Shown here in pieces: positions 1 through 11,306 of a stretch of DNA of 64,000 nucleotides. Origin of the DNA: Escherichia coli. Its GTDB lineage: Bacteria; Pseudomonadota; Gammaproteobacteria; Enterobacterales; Enterobacteriaceae. The notes beneath the pieces are model-generated. The model was not told the origin of the DNA. It was given only the letters and a program-made list of their open reading frames with translations, and ran no database searches. How positions within the stretch are numbered: position 1 is the first letter of the stretch; the number at the start of each line of letters is the position of its first letter. The stretch lies in the NCBI RefSeq assembly GCF_022846255.1, contig NZ_AP025682.1; one strand, written 5' to 3'. Made by a program: the position numbers and the translations under genes.

Positions 1-519
1 GACGTTGTTCGACGCCGACGTCCAACGCCTCGGCACCCGCACTGAAGACAATCGTCACCATGGCTTCGGCTTGCGCTTCAGTAAACGCACGCGGCATATG
101 GTTTTCGAGTTCCAGATAGTCCGCAAGTTCCGCAATGAAGTGCTGAATTTCACGCGCAACGGCGGCACGAAACGCAGCGGAGGTGCCGGAGCGTTCCCGC
201 AATAATAACCGGAAGGCGTTAGGATTATTACCGATGAACTCCATAAATGTGGAGACCGAGGTGCGGATCACACTCCCGCCTTTGGCGATACGCTGACGCG
301 CCTGGCGCATGAGTTGGCGTAGCATTAAACCGCTCTCATCAACCATGGTCAGACCCAGTTCGTCTACGTCGCGGAAATGCCGATAAAAAGAGGTGGGAGC
401 AATGCCCGCTTCACGCGCCACTTCACGCAAACTCAGGCTGGCGAAGCTGCGTTCAGCACTTAATTGGCTAAATGCGGCTTCCACCAGCGAACGGCGGGTT
501 TTTTCTTTTTGTTGCGCTC
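1..519 (-). CDS. fabR: FabR, TetR-family repressor of unsaturated fatty-acid synthesis; 5' part only, 3' end runs off the window start
   Basis: Reverse-strand translation from ~519 reads [29 protein letters not shown]...[12 protein letters not shown], recognised as E. coli FabR; not in ORF track because truncated; divergent from sthA as in E. coli. Confidence 0.85.
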
Positions 520-863
520 TTACGCCCATCACGATGTCTGAATCCTTGCCAAAAGTACTGCTGGCACTATACCAGAGAATGAACATACTGGATTGCTCCA
601 GTATTGTGAATGAACGGTAACGCAATAAAACATATTTACTGCAATTCTTTGGCCGGTTCTTTTACGTACAACGGAAACCTGCCGCTTAAACGGAGAGTAT
701 CGTCGATAAAAATCCAATAAAACGTTCAGGTCAAAAGTAAGAAACAGACAAAGCAAAGGCCGCTCACGATATAGCCAGATAAATGACGGGGATCAATTGG
801 CTTACCCGCGATAAAATGTTACTATTCTGTTGCTTTTATGTATAAGAACAGGTAAGCCCTACC

Positions 864-2264
864 ATGCCACATTCCTACGATTACGATGCCATAGTAATAG
901 GTTCCGGCCCCGGCGGCGAAGGCGCTGCAATGGGCCTGGTTAAGCAAGGTGCGCGCGTCGCAGTTATCGAGCGTTATCAAAATGTTGGCGGCGGTTGCAC
1001 CCACTGGGGTACCATCCCGTCGAAAGCTCTCCGTCACGCCGTCAGCCGCATTATAGAATTTAATCAAAACCCACTATACAGCGACCATTCCCGACTGCTC
1101 CGCTCTTCTTTTGCCGATATCCTTAACCATGCCGATAACGTGATTAATCAACAAACACGTATGCGTCAGGGATTTTACGAACGTAATCATTGTGAAATAT
1201 TGCAGGGGAACGCCCGCTTTGTTGACGATCACACGCTGGCGCTGGACTGCCCGGACGGCACGGTAGAAACGCTAACTGCAGAAAAATTTGTTATTGCCTG
1301 CGGCTCTCGTCCATATCATCCAACAGATGTTGATTTCACCCATCCACGCATTTACGACAGCGACTCAATTCTTAGCATGCACCACGAACCGCGCCATGTA
1401 CTTATCTATGGTGCTGGAGTTATCGGCTGTGAATATGCGTCGATCTTCCGCGGTATGGATGTAAAAGTGGATCTGATCAACACCCGCGATCGGCTGTTGG
1501 CGTTTCTCGATCAAGAGATGTCAGATTCTCTCTCCTATCACTTCTGGAACAGTGGCGTAGTGATTCGTCACAACGAAGAGTACGAGAAGATCGAAGGCTG
1601 TGACGACGGTGTGATCATGCATCTGAAGTCAGGTAAAAAACTGAAAGCTGACTGTCTGCTCTATGCCAACGGCCGCACCGGTAATACCGATTCGCTGGCG
1701 TTACAGAACATTGGGCTGGAAACTGACAGTCGCGGACAGCTGAAGGTCAACAGCATGTATCAGACCGCACAGCCGCACGTTTACGCGGTGGGCGACGTGA
1801 TTGGTTATCCGAGCCTGGCGTCGGCGGCCTATGACCAGGGGCGCATTGCCGCGCAGGCGCTGGTGAAAGGTGAAGCCACCGCACATCTGATTGAAGATAT
1901 CCCTACCGGTATTTACACCATCCCGGAAATCAGCTCTGTGGGCAAAACCGAACAGCAGCTGACCGCGATGAAAGTGCCGTATGAAGTGGGCCGCGCCCAG
2001 TTCAAACATCTGGCACGCGCACAAATCGTTGGCATGAACGTGGGCACGCTGAAAATTTTGTTCCATCGGGAAACGAAAGAGATTCTGGGCATTCACTGCT
2101 TTGGCGAGCGCGCTGCCGAAATTATTCATATCGGTCAGGCGATTATGGAACAGAAAGGTGGCGGCAACACTATTGAGTACTTCGTCAACACCACCTTTAA
2201 CTACCCGACGATGGCGGAAGCCTATCGGGTAGCTGCGCTAAATGGCTTAAACCGCCTGTTTTAA
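864..2264 (+). CDS. sthA: Soluble pyridine nucleotide transhydrogenase (466 aa)
   Basis: ORF-track protein [24 protein letters not shown]... with FAD/NAD Rossmann motifs; length and synteny next to oxyR match E. coli SthA. Confidence 0.95.
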   Translation: MPHSYDYDAIVIGSGPGGEGAAMGLVKQGARVAVIERYQNVGGGCTHWGTIPSKALRHAVSRIIEFNQNPLYSDHSRLLRSSFADILNHADNVINQQTRMRQGFYERNHCEILQGNARFVDDHTLALDCPDGTVETLTAEKFVIACGSRPYHPTDVDFTHPRIYDSDSILSMHHEPRHVLIYGAGVIGCEYASIFRGMDVKVDLINTRDRLLAFLDQEMSDSLSYHFWNSGVVIRHNEEYEKIEGCDDGVIMHLKSGKKLKADCLLYANGRTGNTDSLALQNIGLETDSRGQLKVNSMYQTAQPHVYAVGDVIGYPSLASAAYDQGRIAAQALVKGEATAHLIEDIPTGIYTIPEISSVGKTEQQLTAMKVPYEVGRAQFKHLARAQIVGMNVGTLKILFHRETKEILGIHCFGERAAEIIHIGQAIMEQKGGGNTIEYFVNTTFNYPTMAEAYRVAALNGLNRLF

Positions 2265-3164
2265 CACTTTATCGAAATGGCCATCCATTCTTGCGCGGAT
2301 GGCCTCTGCCAGCTGCTCATAGCGGCTGCGCAGCGGTGAGCCAGGACGATAAACCAGGCCAATCGTGCGGCGAGGTTCCGGCTTAATACACGGCAAATAA
2401 ACAACCCCATCGCGTTTGCGCTCCGGCGGCACAGCCAGCGCAGGCAGTAAAGTGATCCCGCTACCTGCCGCCACCATGTTACGCAGTGTCTCCAGGCTGG
2501 TCGCGCGGAAGTGTGTATCTTCATCCGCCCCGGCTTCAAAGCAGAAACCCATTGCCTGATCGCGCAAACAGTGACCATCTTCCAGCATCAGCAGTTTTTC
2601 CCCTGCCAGATCGGCCATCGGTACGCATTCGCGGTTCGCCCACGGGTGGTCTTCATAGATAGCCAGCAACATTGGCTCATCAAACAACGGCACTTCAATG
2701 AATGCTTCGCTCTCTTTCACCAGCGCGAGGATCACGCAATCGAGTTTGCCGCTGTCCAGTTGCGCCAGTAACTGGTGGGTCTGTGCTTCATGCAGATACA
2801 TTTCCAGCTTTGGAAAGGTCTGGTGCAGCATCGGGATAATATGCGGTAGCAGGTACGGTCCAACCGTGGGAATCAAACCAATATGCAGCGGCCCGGACAT
2901 CGTCTCGCCCTGCTGGCTTGCCATCTCTTTAAGGACTTTCACCTCACGCAGTACGGTACGCGCCTGATCCACCAGCAGCATTCCCGCCTGGGTGAACAAC
3001 ACTTTACGGCTGGTCCGCTCCAGCAACATCACGCCCAACTCATCTTCCAGCTTACGAATTTGCCCGCTAAGCGTCGGCTGGCTAACGTGGCAGGAATCTG
3101 CCGCACGCCGAAAATGGCGGTGTTCGGCCAATGCCACCAGGTACTCAAGATCACGAATATTCAT
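2247..3164 (-). CDS. oxyR: OxyR, LysR-family hydrogen-peroxide-responsive regulator (305 aa)
   Basis: ORF 2247..3209 trimmed to conserved start [22 protein letters not shown]...; 18-bp convergent overlap with sthA 3' end as in E. coli. Confidence 0.95.
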   Translation of the reverse strand: MNIRDLEYLVALAEHRHFRRAADSCHVSQPTLSGQIRKLEDELGVMLLERTSRKVLFTQAGMLLVDQARTVLREVKVLKEMASQQGETMSGPLHIGLIPTVGPYLLPHIIPMLHQTFPKLEMYLHEAQTHQLLAQLDSGKLDCVILALVKESEAFIEVPLFDEPMLLAIYEDHPWANRECVPMADLAGEKLLMLEDGHCLRDQAMGFCFEAGADEDTHFRATSLETLRNMVAAGSGITLLPALAVPPERKRDGVVYLPCIKPEPRRTIGLVYRPGSPLRSRYEQLAEAIRARMDGHFDKVLKQAV

Positions 3165-3259
3165 TATCCATCCTCCATTGCCACGATAGTTCGCGGCGAT
3201 AGGTAGCATAGCAACGAACGATTATCCCTATCAAGCATTCTGACTGATAATTGCTCACA
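3165..3259. promoter_or_regulatory. Divergent oxyR/oxyS promoter region with OxyR operator
   Basis: 95-bp spacer between oxyR start codon and oxyS 5' end; established OxyR autoregulation/oxyS activation site in E. coli; individual boxes not mapped here. Confidence 0.6.
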
Positions 3260-3374
3260 GAAACGGAGCGGCACCTCTTTTAACCCTTGAAGTCACTGCC
3301 CGTTTCGAGAGTTTCTCAACTCGAATAACTAAAGCCAACGTGAACTTTTGCGGATCTCCAGGATCCGCTTTTTT
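3260..3374 (+). ncRNA. oxyS: OxyS small regulatory RNA (109 nt plus U tail)
   Basis: Sequence GAAACGGAGCGGCACCTCTTTTAACCCTTGAAGTCACTGCCCGTTTCGAGAGTTTCTCAACTCGAATAACTAAAGCCAACGTGAACTTTTGCGGATCTCCAGGATCCGC followed by T8 (intrinsic terminator) read directly; matches remembered oxyS. Confidence 0.88.
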
Positions 3375-3415
3375 TTATTCTACAGGCCCACAGCAAGAGA
3401 GCCTGATAGTAACGG

Positions 3416-4699
3416 TTACTCAATCCGATCTTTGACAATAAAGAAGTAACACAGCGCCCCGGTGAACGTCACACAGGCCGCGATAACCAGCGCCAGATTA
3501 AACGAGTGTGTGGTATCCACGACCCAACCGGTTACGATCGGAGCAAAGGAAGCAAAAACAAAACTGCCAAAGTTTTGAATCCCGGCGATGGAAGCCACTT
3601 TTGTTTCTGACACCATCACCTGCACCAGCCCCCATGCAGATGTTCCCGCGAAATGCACGCAGAACAGCGCCATTGAGATAAACGCTACCGCCTGGGCTGG
3701 CGAGGAAGATTGCACGACCAGCAACGTGCCTAATGCCGACATCATCAAACCGCAGACAATCGCCGTTTTACGCGTCTTCGCCAGGTCATAGCCTTTTTTC
3801 GCCAGCCGATCGACAACAATACCGTTAACCCACATCCCGACCGCCGCCGCGAGGAAAGGAATTGCCGCCACCCAACCGGTTTTCGCCAGACTGAAACCTT
3901 GTTCGGCCTGCAAATAACCGGGTAACCACGCGATGTAGAGCCAACCGGTATAATTGACGCCAGAGAAACCTAAAATCATCCCCCAGGTTGTCCGATGCTT
4001 AAACAGCGCCAGCCACTCGCTAAATTGTAACTGTGGACGCGGTTTAACCGGCGCGGAGAGATATGTCCGTTCTTCCTCGGTCAGGACAAACTGCGCCCGG
4101 TTGCGATACCACGCGTACCAACAGATCCCAACCAGAATCCCTGCTACGCCGATGATGACAAACATCGTCCGCCAGCCCCATGCCAGTTGCATCAATACAA
4201 GAGCAGGAGGCGCGATAGCCTGACCGATAACGGTAGATGAGTTAAAAATCCCCAGCGCCGTGCCGCGTTCTTTTTGCGCATACCAGTCGGTGATCGACTT
4301 TACTCCCGCAGGCATAAATGGCGCTTCGCCAATACCCAGACCGATACGCATTAAAATAAAGTGGCTAAAAGAATTAACCATTCCTGTTAATGCCTGCATT
4401 AATGACCAGAATATTAAGCCTGCGCCTAACACTATTCGTGGGCCAAAGCGGTCTAGCAAAATACCGGAAGGAAGTTGTGAAAAACCATAAGACAGAGAAA
4501 ATGCAGAAAGCAAAACACCAAATTCGGTAGCGGATAATCCTAACTCACCACGAATTGCTTCACCTGCCACGCTCAATGACGAACGGTCGAGAAAATTAAC
4601 GATCCCCGCCATAAATAATAAAACCAGGGTCACTGTCTGAATACGACGAATCCGTTGCGGTTTATTACCCGCAACACTGGTTGACACATCAACGTCCAT
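3416..4699 (-). CDS. MFS transporter, anion:cation symporter (sugar-acid/hexuronate-type) family, 427 aa
   Basis: 12-TM-like hydrophobic profile, MFS signature region GxLLDRFGPR, resemblance to DgoT/ExuT/YjjL-type transporters; accessory relative to my memory of K-12 (oxyS directly followed by argH). Confidence 0.8.
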   Translation of the reverse strand: MDVDVSTSVAGNKPQRIRRIQTVTLVLLFMAGIVNFLDRSSLSVAGEAIRGELGLSATEFGVLLSAFSLSYGFSQLPSGILLDRFGPRIVLGAGLIFWSLMQALTGMVNSFSHFILMRIGLGIGEAPFMPAGVKSITDWYAQKERGTALGIFNSSTVIGQAIAPPALVLMQLAWGWRTMFVIIGVAGILVGICWYAWYRNRAQFVLTEEERTYLSAPVKPRPQLQFSEWLALFKHRTTWGMILGFSGVNYTGWLYIAWLPGYLQAEQGFSLAKTGWVAAIPFLAAAVGMWVNGIVVDRLAKKGYDLAKTRKTAIVCGLMMSALGTLLVVQSSSPAQAVAFISMALFCVHFAGTSAWGLVQVMVSETKVASIAGIQNFGSFVFASFAPIVTGWVVDTTHSFNLALVIAACVTFTGALCYFFIVKDRIE

Positions 4700-4765
4700 T
4701 TTTAGCTCCTTGAGCGGAATTAATCGATTTGATGAATATTCAGAAAATAATTAAGCGAACCGCTA

Positions 4766-5980
4766 TTACCAGTTCCACAATGTGCCATCTTCCAGTCGTG
4801 CGACGGGGAGATACGCCGGGTCATACGGATATTTCGCCGCCAGTTTCTCATCGAAAGAAATACCCAGCCCCGGTTCATCGCCTGGGTGCATATAACCTTC
4901 ATCGAAGCGCCAGCTGTGCGGGAAGACTTCAAGCATTTGTTCGGAATAGCCCATGTACTCCTGAACGCCAAAGTTTGGCACCCAGAGGTCAAAATGCAGC
5001 GCCGCCGCATGGCAAACAGGCGATAAATCTGAAGGGCCATGCGAACCGGTACGTACCTGATAAAGCGATGCAAAATCGGCAATCCGTCGCATCCCGGTAA
5101 TGCCGCCTGCATGGGTAATCGTCGTGCGAATATAGTCAATCAGCTGCTCTTCGATTAACTGTTTGCAGTCCCAGATACTGTTAAACACTTCACCGACCGC
5201 AATCGGCGTCACGGTATGCTGGCGAATCAGACGAAAACATTCCTGGTTCTCGGCAGGCGTCGGATCTTCCATCCAGAACAGGCGGTAATCCTCAATGCTC
5301 CTCCCAAAGCGCGCCGCTTCGATGGGGGTCAGGCGATGGTGCATGTCATGCAACAGATGTTCGTTAAAACCGAACTTATTACGCACCGCTTCAAATAACT
5401 TCGGCGTAAAATCGAGATACTTTTCTGAAGACCACAACTGCTCTTCTGGCCACAGGCCTTTGGTTGCTGGTTCATACGCCAGTCCTTTGCCCTTCGCCAG
5501 ACCATAGGTGGTTTGCATACCCGGTACACCACACTGCACACGAATCGCCTTAAAGCCCATCTGCTGGTGCTTTGCATAGTCTTCAAGGACTTCATCAATC
5601 GTCCGCCCGGTGGTGTGGCAATAAACCATCACGCCTTCACGAGAAGCGCCACCAAGCAGTTGATACAATGGCATATTTGCCGCTTTAGCTTTGATATCCC
5701 ACAACGCCATATCAATGGCAGAAATGGCCGACATCGTGACGGGACCACGTCGCCAGTAAGCTCCTTTATAAAAGAATTGCCAGATATCTTCGATACGGCT
5801 GGCATCGCGGCCAATTAATTGAGGACAAAGATGATCTTTCAGATAAGAAGCGACCGACAATTCGCGACCATTTAACGTGGCATCTCCTAATCCACAAAGT
5901 CCGCTTTCAGTGGTTATTTTAAGCGTAACGAAATTACGCCCGGGACAAGTAACAAAAACATCCACAGCAATAATTTTCAT
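4766..5980 (-). CDS. Enolase-superfamily D-mannonate dehydratase (ManD)/RspA-like sugar-acid dehydratase (~404 aa)
   Basis: ORF 4766..6040 trimmed to [43 protein letters not shown]...; strongly resembles E. coli RspA/ManD family; exact start uncertain (5980 vs 6040). Confidence 0.85.
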   Translation of the reverse strand: MKIIAVDVFVTCPGRNFVTLKITTESGLCGLGDATLNGRELSVASYLKDHLCPQLIGRDASRIEDIWQFFYKGAYWRRGPVTMSAISAIDMALWDIKAKAANMPLYQLLGGASREGVMVYCHTTGRTIDEVLEDYAKHQQMGFKAIRVQCGVPGMQTTYGLAKGKGLAYEPATKGLWPEEQLWSSEKYLDFTPKLFEAVRNKFGFNEHLLHDMHHRLTPIEAARFGRSIEDYRLFWMEDPTPAENQECFRLIRQHTVTPIAVGEVFNSIWDCKQLIEEQLIDYIRTTITHAGGITGMRRIADFASLYQVRTGSHGPSDLSPVCHAAALHFDLWVPNFGVQEYMGYSEQMLEVFPHSWRFDEGYMHPGDEPGLGISFDEKLAAKYPYDPAYLPVARLEDGTLWNW

Positions 5981-6383
5981 TATTGCAATCTCCTGTATTG
6001 TAAATAGACACTTCAAACTTAATTTTACGCCTACTACCATACAAGAGAGAAAAGGTGATTATTCAACCGTGATCACATTAAAAATAAAAATTTCTACCGA
6101 GGAGAAAAAACACCCTCAAAAACCACCTGAATAATTAGCCATTATCGTTAAAACAACACGTTAAATAATCACATAACAAACTCCATTAATCATTAAAAAT
6201 GAACACAGCAATAGAAATGAATTATATTCAATTAATTAAAGTATGTATTGGCTGATGTATTGAAAATATAATTTTTATGGGGAGAGTGAAGGTAAAGAAG
6301 ACGCAAGAATAAAAAGGAATGTGACAAATAATGGTTCTGGTTGGGCGTTAAATTTAAGGTCACCAGAATGCTGACAAATTTCT

Positions 6384-6445
6384 GCCTGATGCGGCGTAAA
6401 CGCCTTATCCGCCTACGAAGTGTCACACTTTGTAGGCGTGGTAAG
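6384..6445. repeat. REP (repetitive extragenic palindrome) element(s) downstream of argH
   Basis: GCCTGATGCGGCGTAAACGCCTTATCCGCCTAC plus a second partial palindrome; typical E. coli REP consensus. Confidence 0.65.
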
Positions 6446-6477
6446 CTCCCCATTTTCAGGGGAGCAATATAAACAAA

Positions 6478-7851
6478 TTACCCCAACCGCGCCTGCGCAA
6501 AAGCAATCGCCTGCGCCACCTGTTGCGGTGAGACACCGCCTTTTGCTGCACGCTTGTCGAGGCACGATTGCAGCGACAGAATCGGATAGACATCTTCGCC
6601 AATCACCTGGCTGAATTTCTGCAACTCACTGAGCGGCAGATCTTCCAACGCTTTGCCCTGACGAATGGCTTCCACCACCGCTTCACCCACAATATGGTGC
6701 GCCTCGCGGAACGGTACGCCTTTCGCCACCAGATAATCCGCCAGTTCAGTAGCGTTGGCGTAACCCTGCTGCGCCGCTTCCTGGCAACGCGGACGTTTCA
6801 CCTGAATGCCGTCCAGCACCAGCGCCGCCATATGCAGGCAGTCCAGCCAGGTATCGAGCGCGTCGAACAGACCTTCTTTGTCTTCCTGCATATCTTTGTT
6901 GTAAGCCAGCGGCAAACCTTTCAGCGTCATCATCATGCCGGTTAACGCCCCCTGCACCCGACCGCATTTACCGCGAATCAGCTCCAGCGCATCCGGGTTT
7001 TTCTTCTGCGGCATTAATGATGAACCGGAAGTCACACGGTCAGAAAGCTCCACAAACCCCGCTTCGCCGGTGTTAAAGAAAATCAGATCTTCAGCAAAAC
7101 GCGACAGATGCACCATGCCGATAGCGGCAGCAGAAAGCAGTTCCAACACATGGTCACGGTCAGAAACGCTGTCGAGACTGTTACGGGTCGCCGAAGCAAA
7201 GCCCAGCCAGCCTGCTAACTGTTCACGGTCGATTTCATAGGCCGTTCCTGCCAGTGCGCCACAACCTAGCGGGCTGACATCCAGACGCTTAAGCGCGTCC
7301 TGCAAACGGCTTTCATCACGCGCCAGCATCTCAACGTAGGCCAGGCACCAGTGAGCGAACGTCACCGGCTGGGCGCGTTGCAGGTGAGTGTAACCCGGCA
7401 TCACCGCGTCCTGATTGTTCTGCGCGGTCTCGACCAGAGCGGATTGTAACTGCCGGTTAGCCGTCAGCAACTCGCTAACGGTATCTTTGCACCACAGTTT
7501 CAGGTCAGTTGCTACCTGATCATTACGGCTACGCCCGGTATGCAGTTTTTTGCCTAACTGACCCACTTTGTCGATCAGTTTGCCTTCCACCCAGCTATGG
7601 ATATCTTCGGCGTCGCTTTCAAGGATTTGTTGTGGCCTGGCGCGAACATCTTCCAGCAGCACGTTCAGCGCCTCTTCCAGTTGCGCCTGCTCTTCTGCGG
7701 TTAACACGCCGACCGTTACCAGGGCTTTGGACCAGGCCACAGAGCCAACAATATCCTGCTCCGCCAGACGGTAATCAAAGCGCAGTGAGTCGTTGAATTG
7801 TTTGAACCGTTGATCTGCTGCCTGGGTAAAACGCCCGCCCCAAAGTGCCAT
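6478..7851 (-). CDS. argH: Argininosuccinate lyase (457 aa)
   Basis: [44 protein letters not shown]...; fumarate-lyase signature [12 protein letters not shown]. Confidence 0.96.
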
Positions 7852-7911
7852 AACTCTGTTTCCTTATTTTGAAATTCAATGCCGGAAAGCTGCGCCTCCG
7901 GCCAACAAAAC

Positions 7912-8688
7912 TTAAGCTAAAATCCGCGTACCCATCGGCATACCGTTAAACAGTGCCGGAAGCTGTTCCGCATGACGCCAGGAGGCGATATCTACCGGAC
8001 GGCCCAACGTGCGCGCAGCATCCAGCGCCGCGTTCACTTTCACAATCATGCCGTCAGTAATAATGCCCTGCTCAATCAGTTGTTCTGCTTTCGCGGCGGT
8101 CATTTCGGCAATACGTTGCCCTTTGCCGTCGAGAATGCCGCTGACGTCAGAGAGCAAAATCAGATCCGCGCCCAGCGTTGCCGCCAGCGCCGTCGCCGCC
8201 TGGTCGGCATTGACGTTCATCAGTTGCCCTTCGTCTGTTACGCCAATGGAGCTGACCACCGGCAGATAACCGTTCTCCAGCAAGCTGTTGATAAGCTTAG
8301 GCGAACCTGGCTGCGCCAGTCCAACATGGCCTAACTCTTCATCAAGCTGGGTCACTTTGACGCTGTCGCCGTCACCGAGAAACAAACCTACGGCCGCAAT
8401 CTGATGTTTCTTCGCCCATGCCAGCAGGGTTTTATTTGCCGTTCCCGCCAGTGCTCCGGTGATAATGTCTATCTGATCCGCAGGCGTCACCCGCAGGCCA
8501 TTTTTCTTTTTCACCGGCAGATTCAGCCCTTTCATCAGCTCATCCACCACGCAACCGCCGCCGTGCACAATCACCAGCGGACGCTGATGTGACTCGCGAT
8601 AATTCACCAGTGCGCTAAACAGACGTTCCAGCGCCTCTTCACTATCCAGCAGTACGCCACCCAGTTTGATAATTAATGGATTCATCAT
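7912..8688 (-). CDS. argB: N-acetylglutamate kinase (258 aa)
   Basis: ORF 7912..8721 trimmed to [24 protein letters not shown]...; argCBH operon order. Confidence 0.93.
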
Positions 8689-8695
8689 TGCACCC

Positions 8696-9700
8696 TTAAA
8701 TAAGAGACTGCGTTTCCGCATAGCCGAAACGAATATTGGCGCACTGCACCGCTTGTGCCGCCGCGCCTTTCAGTAAGTTGTCTTCGGTCGCCACAATAAT
8801 CAGATGCTCGCCCTGAACGGCAAAACCGATATCGCAGAATGGCAGTCCAACGACATTTTTCAGCGCCGGAACGCCTTTGTCATACAGCCGCACCAGTGGT
8901 TTATGGGCATACGCCTGCTGTAACGCTTGCGCCACTTGCACCTGGCTCACACCCGGTTTCAGGCGGCAGGTAATGGTTTCGAGAATGCCGCGCGGGAAAT
9001 TGCCCAGATGCGGGGTGAAGATAACGTCAGCACCGAGGTGTGTGGCGATCTCTGGTTGATGGCGATGGGTAAAGACGCCATACGGTTGCAGGCTAACTTC
9101 ACAAAAACTATTTGAAATCGCTGCCTTACGTCCTGCACCGCTCACGCCGCTGGTGGCGTTGATCACCGGCCACTGATTGAGGTCAAGAAGATCGGCATCA
9201 ATCAACGGTTTCAGCGCCAGCTGTGCTGCCGTCGGATAACAGCCTGGCACGGCAATCAAGTTCGCTTCTTTTAATTTATTACCGCACCACTCCGCCAGAC
9301 CGTAGGCTGCCTGTTCCAGCAGTTCCGGGTATTGATGGGTAAAGCCGTAATATTTTTCATAGAAGGCGACATCGTTAACACGAAACGCGCCGGAAAGGTC
9401 GAACACCACACAGCCTGCTTCAAGAAATTGCGGCGCTAAATCGTGGCTGACTTCATGGGCGGTGGCGAGAAACACCACGTCCACCCCTGGGCTAAACTCG
9501 CTGATATCCGACATCGGCTGCAACGGCAGATCAACGATGCCTTTTAGCTGCGGATGCAAATCGGAGATTAACTTTCCCGCATCATTGCTTTGCGCTGAAA
9601 CAGTCAAAGCGGTTATGTTCATATGCGGATGGCGATTTACATAGGTCACTAGCTCTGCGCCAGCGTAGCCGCTGGCACCCACAATCAGCGTATTCAACAT
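8696..9700 (-). CDS. argC: N-acetyl-gamma-glutamyl-phosphate reductase (334 aa)
   Basis: [35 protein letters not shown]...; first gene of argCBH. Confidence 0.95.
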
Positions 9701-9853
9701 CGGGGCTATTCACCTTCTTATGTCTGGTTGCCAGGTTAAACGTAAAACATTCACCTTACGGCTGGTGGGTTTTATTACGCTCAACGTTAGTGTATTTTTA
9801 TTCATAAATACTGCATGAATATTGATACTATCATGACCAGAGGTGTGTCAACA
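9701..9853. promoter_or_regulatory. argE/argCBH divergent control region with ARG-box-like (ArgR operator) sequences
   Basis: AT-rich spacer containing TTATTCATAAATACTGCATGAATATTGATACT (~9797..9834), resembling tandem ARG boxes (TGAAT/ATTCA cores). Confidence 0.6.
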
Positions 9854-11005
9854 ATGAAAAACAAATTACCGCCATTTATCGAGATTTACCGTGCTCTGAT
9901 TGCCACACCTTCAATAAGCGCCACGGAAGAGGCACTCGATCAAAGCAATGCAGATTTAATCACTCTGCTGGCGGACTGGTTTAAGGATTTAGGCTTCAAT
10001 GTGGAAGTACAGCCTGTGCCAGGAACTCGCAACAAATTTAATATGCTGGCCAGTTGCGGACAGGGGGCTGGCGGTTTGTTGCTGGCGGGGCATACCGATA
10101 CGGTGCCATTTGATGACGGACGCTGGACGCGCGATCCATTTACGTTGACGGAGCATGACGGCAAGCTTTACGGCTTAGGCACCGCCGACATGAAAGGCTT
10201 TTTTGCGTTTATCCTTGATGCGCTACGCGATGTCGACGTCACGAAGCTTGCAAAACCGCTCTACATTCTGGCGACTGCCGATGAAGAAACCAGTATGGCC
10301 GGAGCGCGTTATTTTGCCGAAACTACCGCCCTGCGCCCGGATTGCGCCATCATTGGCGAGCCAACGTCGCTGCAACCGGTACGCGCCCATAAAGGTCATA
10401 TCTCTAACGCCATCCGTATTCAGGGCCAGTCGGGCCACTCCAGCGATCCAGCACGCGGAGTTAACGCTATCGAACTGATGCACGACGCCATCGGGCATAT
10501 TTTGCAATTGCGCGATAACCTGAAAGAACGTTATCACTACGACGCGTTTACCGTGCCATACCCCACACTCAACCTCGGGCATATCCACGGTGGCGACGCT
10601 TCTAACCGTATTTGTGCTTGCTGTGAGTTGCATATGGATATTCGTCCGCTGCCAGGCATGACACTCAATGAACTTAATGGTTTGCTCAACGATGCATTAG
10701 CTCCAGTGAGCGAACGCTGGCCGGGTCGTCTGACGGTCGACGAGCTGCATCCGCCGATCCCTGGCTATGAATGCCCACCGAATCATCAACTGGTTGAAGT
10801 GGTTGAGAAATTGCTCGGAGCAAAGACCGAAGTGGTGAATTACTGTACCGAAGCGCCGTTTATTCAAACGTTATGCCCGACGCTGGTTCTGGGCCCTGGC
10901 TCAATTAATCAGGCTCATCAGCCTGATGAATATCTGGAGACGAGGTTTATCAAGCCCACCCGCGAACTGATCACCCAGGTGATTCACCATTTTTGCTGGC
11001 ATTAA
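9854..11005 (+). CDS. argE: Acetylornithine deacetylase (383 aa)
   Basis: ORF 9815..11005 trimmed to [23 protein letters not shown]...; M20 peptidase motifs. Confidence 0.93.
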   Translation: MKNKLPPFIEIYRALIATPSISATEEALDQSNADLITLLADWFKDLGFNVEVQPVPGTRNKFNMLASCGQGAGGLLLAGHTDTVPFDDGRWTRDPFTLTEHDGKLYGLGTADMKGFFAFILDALRDVDVTKLAKPLYILATADEETSMAGARYFAETTALRPDCAIIGEPTSLQPVRAHKGHISNAIRIQGQSGHSSDPARGVNAIELMHDAIGHILQLRDNLKERYHYDAFTVPYPTLNLGHIHGGDASNRICACCELHMDIRPLPGMTLNELNGLLNDALAPVSERWPGRLTVDELHPPIPGYECPPNHQLVEVVEKLLGAKTEVVNYCTEAPFIQTLCPTLVLGPGSINQAHQPDEYLETRFIKPTRELITQVIHHFCWH

Positions 11006-11020
11006 AACGTAGGCCAAACA

Positions 11021-11058
11021 ATGTCGGATGCGATGCTTACGCATCTTATCCGACCTAC
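11021..11058. repeat. REP element downstream of argE
   Basis: ATGTCGGATGCGATGCTTACGCATCTTATCCGACCTAC palindromic REP. Confidence 0.6.
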
Positions 11059-11306
11059 ACCTTTGGTGTTACTCGAGGCGATTTTTTAACATTCCCATAA
11101 GTTACGCTTATTTAAAGCGTCGTGAATTTAATGGCGTAAATTCCTGCTATTTATTCGTTTGCTGAAGCGATTTCGCAGCATTTGACGTCACCGCTTTTAC
11201 GTGGCTTTATAAAAGACGACGAAAAGCAAAGCCCGAGCATATTCGCGCCAATGCGACGTGAAGGATACAGGGCTATCAAACGATAAGATGGGGTGTCTGG
11301 GGTAAT

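Noticed and set aside
1701-2129. 142-aa minus-strand ORF inside sthA, and many similar antisense or alternate-frame ORFs in the track (e.g. 6568..6945, 12415..12801, 23093..23650, 25874..26623, 46199..46789, 49962..50957, 57792..58277, 61679..62278)
   Set aside because: Each lies entirely within a strongly supported gene on the other strand or frame, has no recognisable motifs or ribosome-binding context, and is the kind of open frame expected by chance in GC-rich coding DNA.
3165-3209. 5'-extended ORF-track versions of oxyR (to 3209) and of argB, argE, eptC, frwD, pflC, frwC, gldA, yijE, katG, metB, metJ, priA, menA, glpK, glpX, cdh, zapB and the IS4 transposase
   Set aside because: The extensions add non-conserved residues upstream of well-known N-termini; after trimming to the recognised Met or GTG start, every protein length equals the known E. 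coli length, so the shorter coordinates were used.
5971-6010. Apparent one-base discrepancy when hand-translating the dehydratase 5' end from the printed sequence versus the ORF track
   Set aside because: Most likely my own counting error while reading the text block; the ORF track was computed from the sequence and is internally consistent, so its frame and coordinates were used. No frameshift is claimed.
6232-6453. 73-aa minus-strand ORF in the AT-rich tract next to argH
   Set aside because: Low-complexity Arg/Leu-rich translation from AT-rich DNA overlapping a REP element; no start context or homology; judged spurious.
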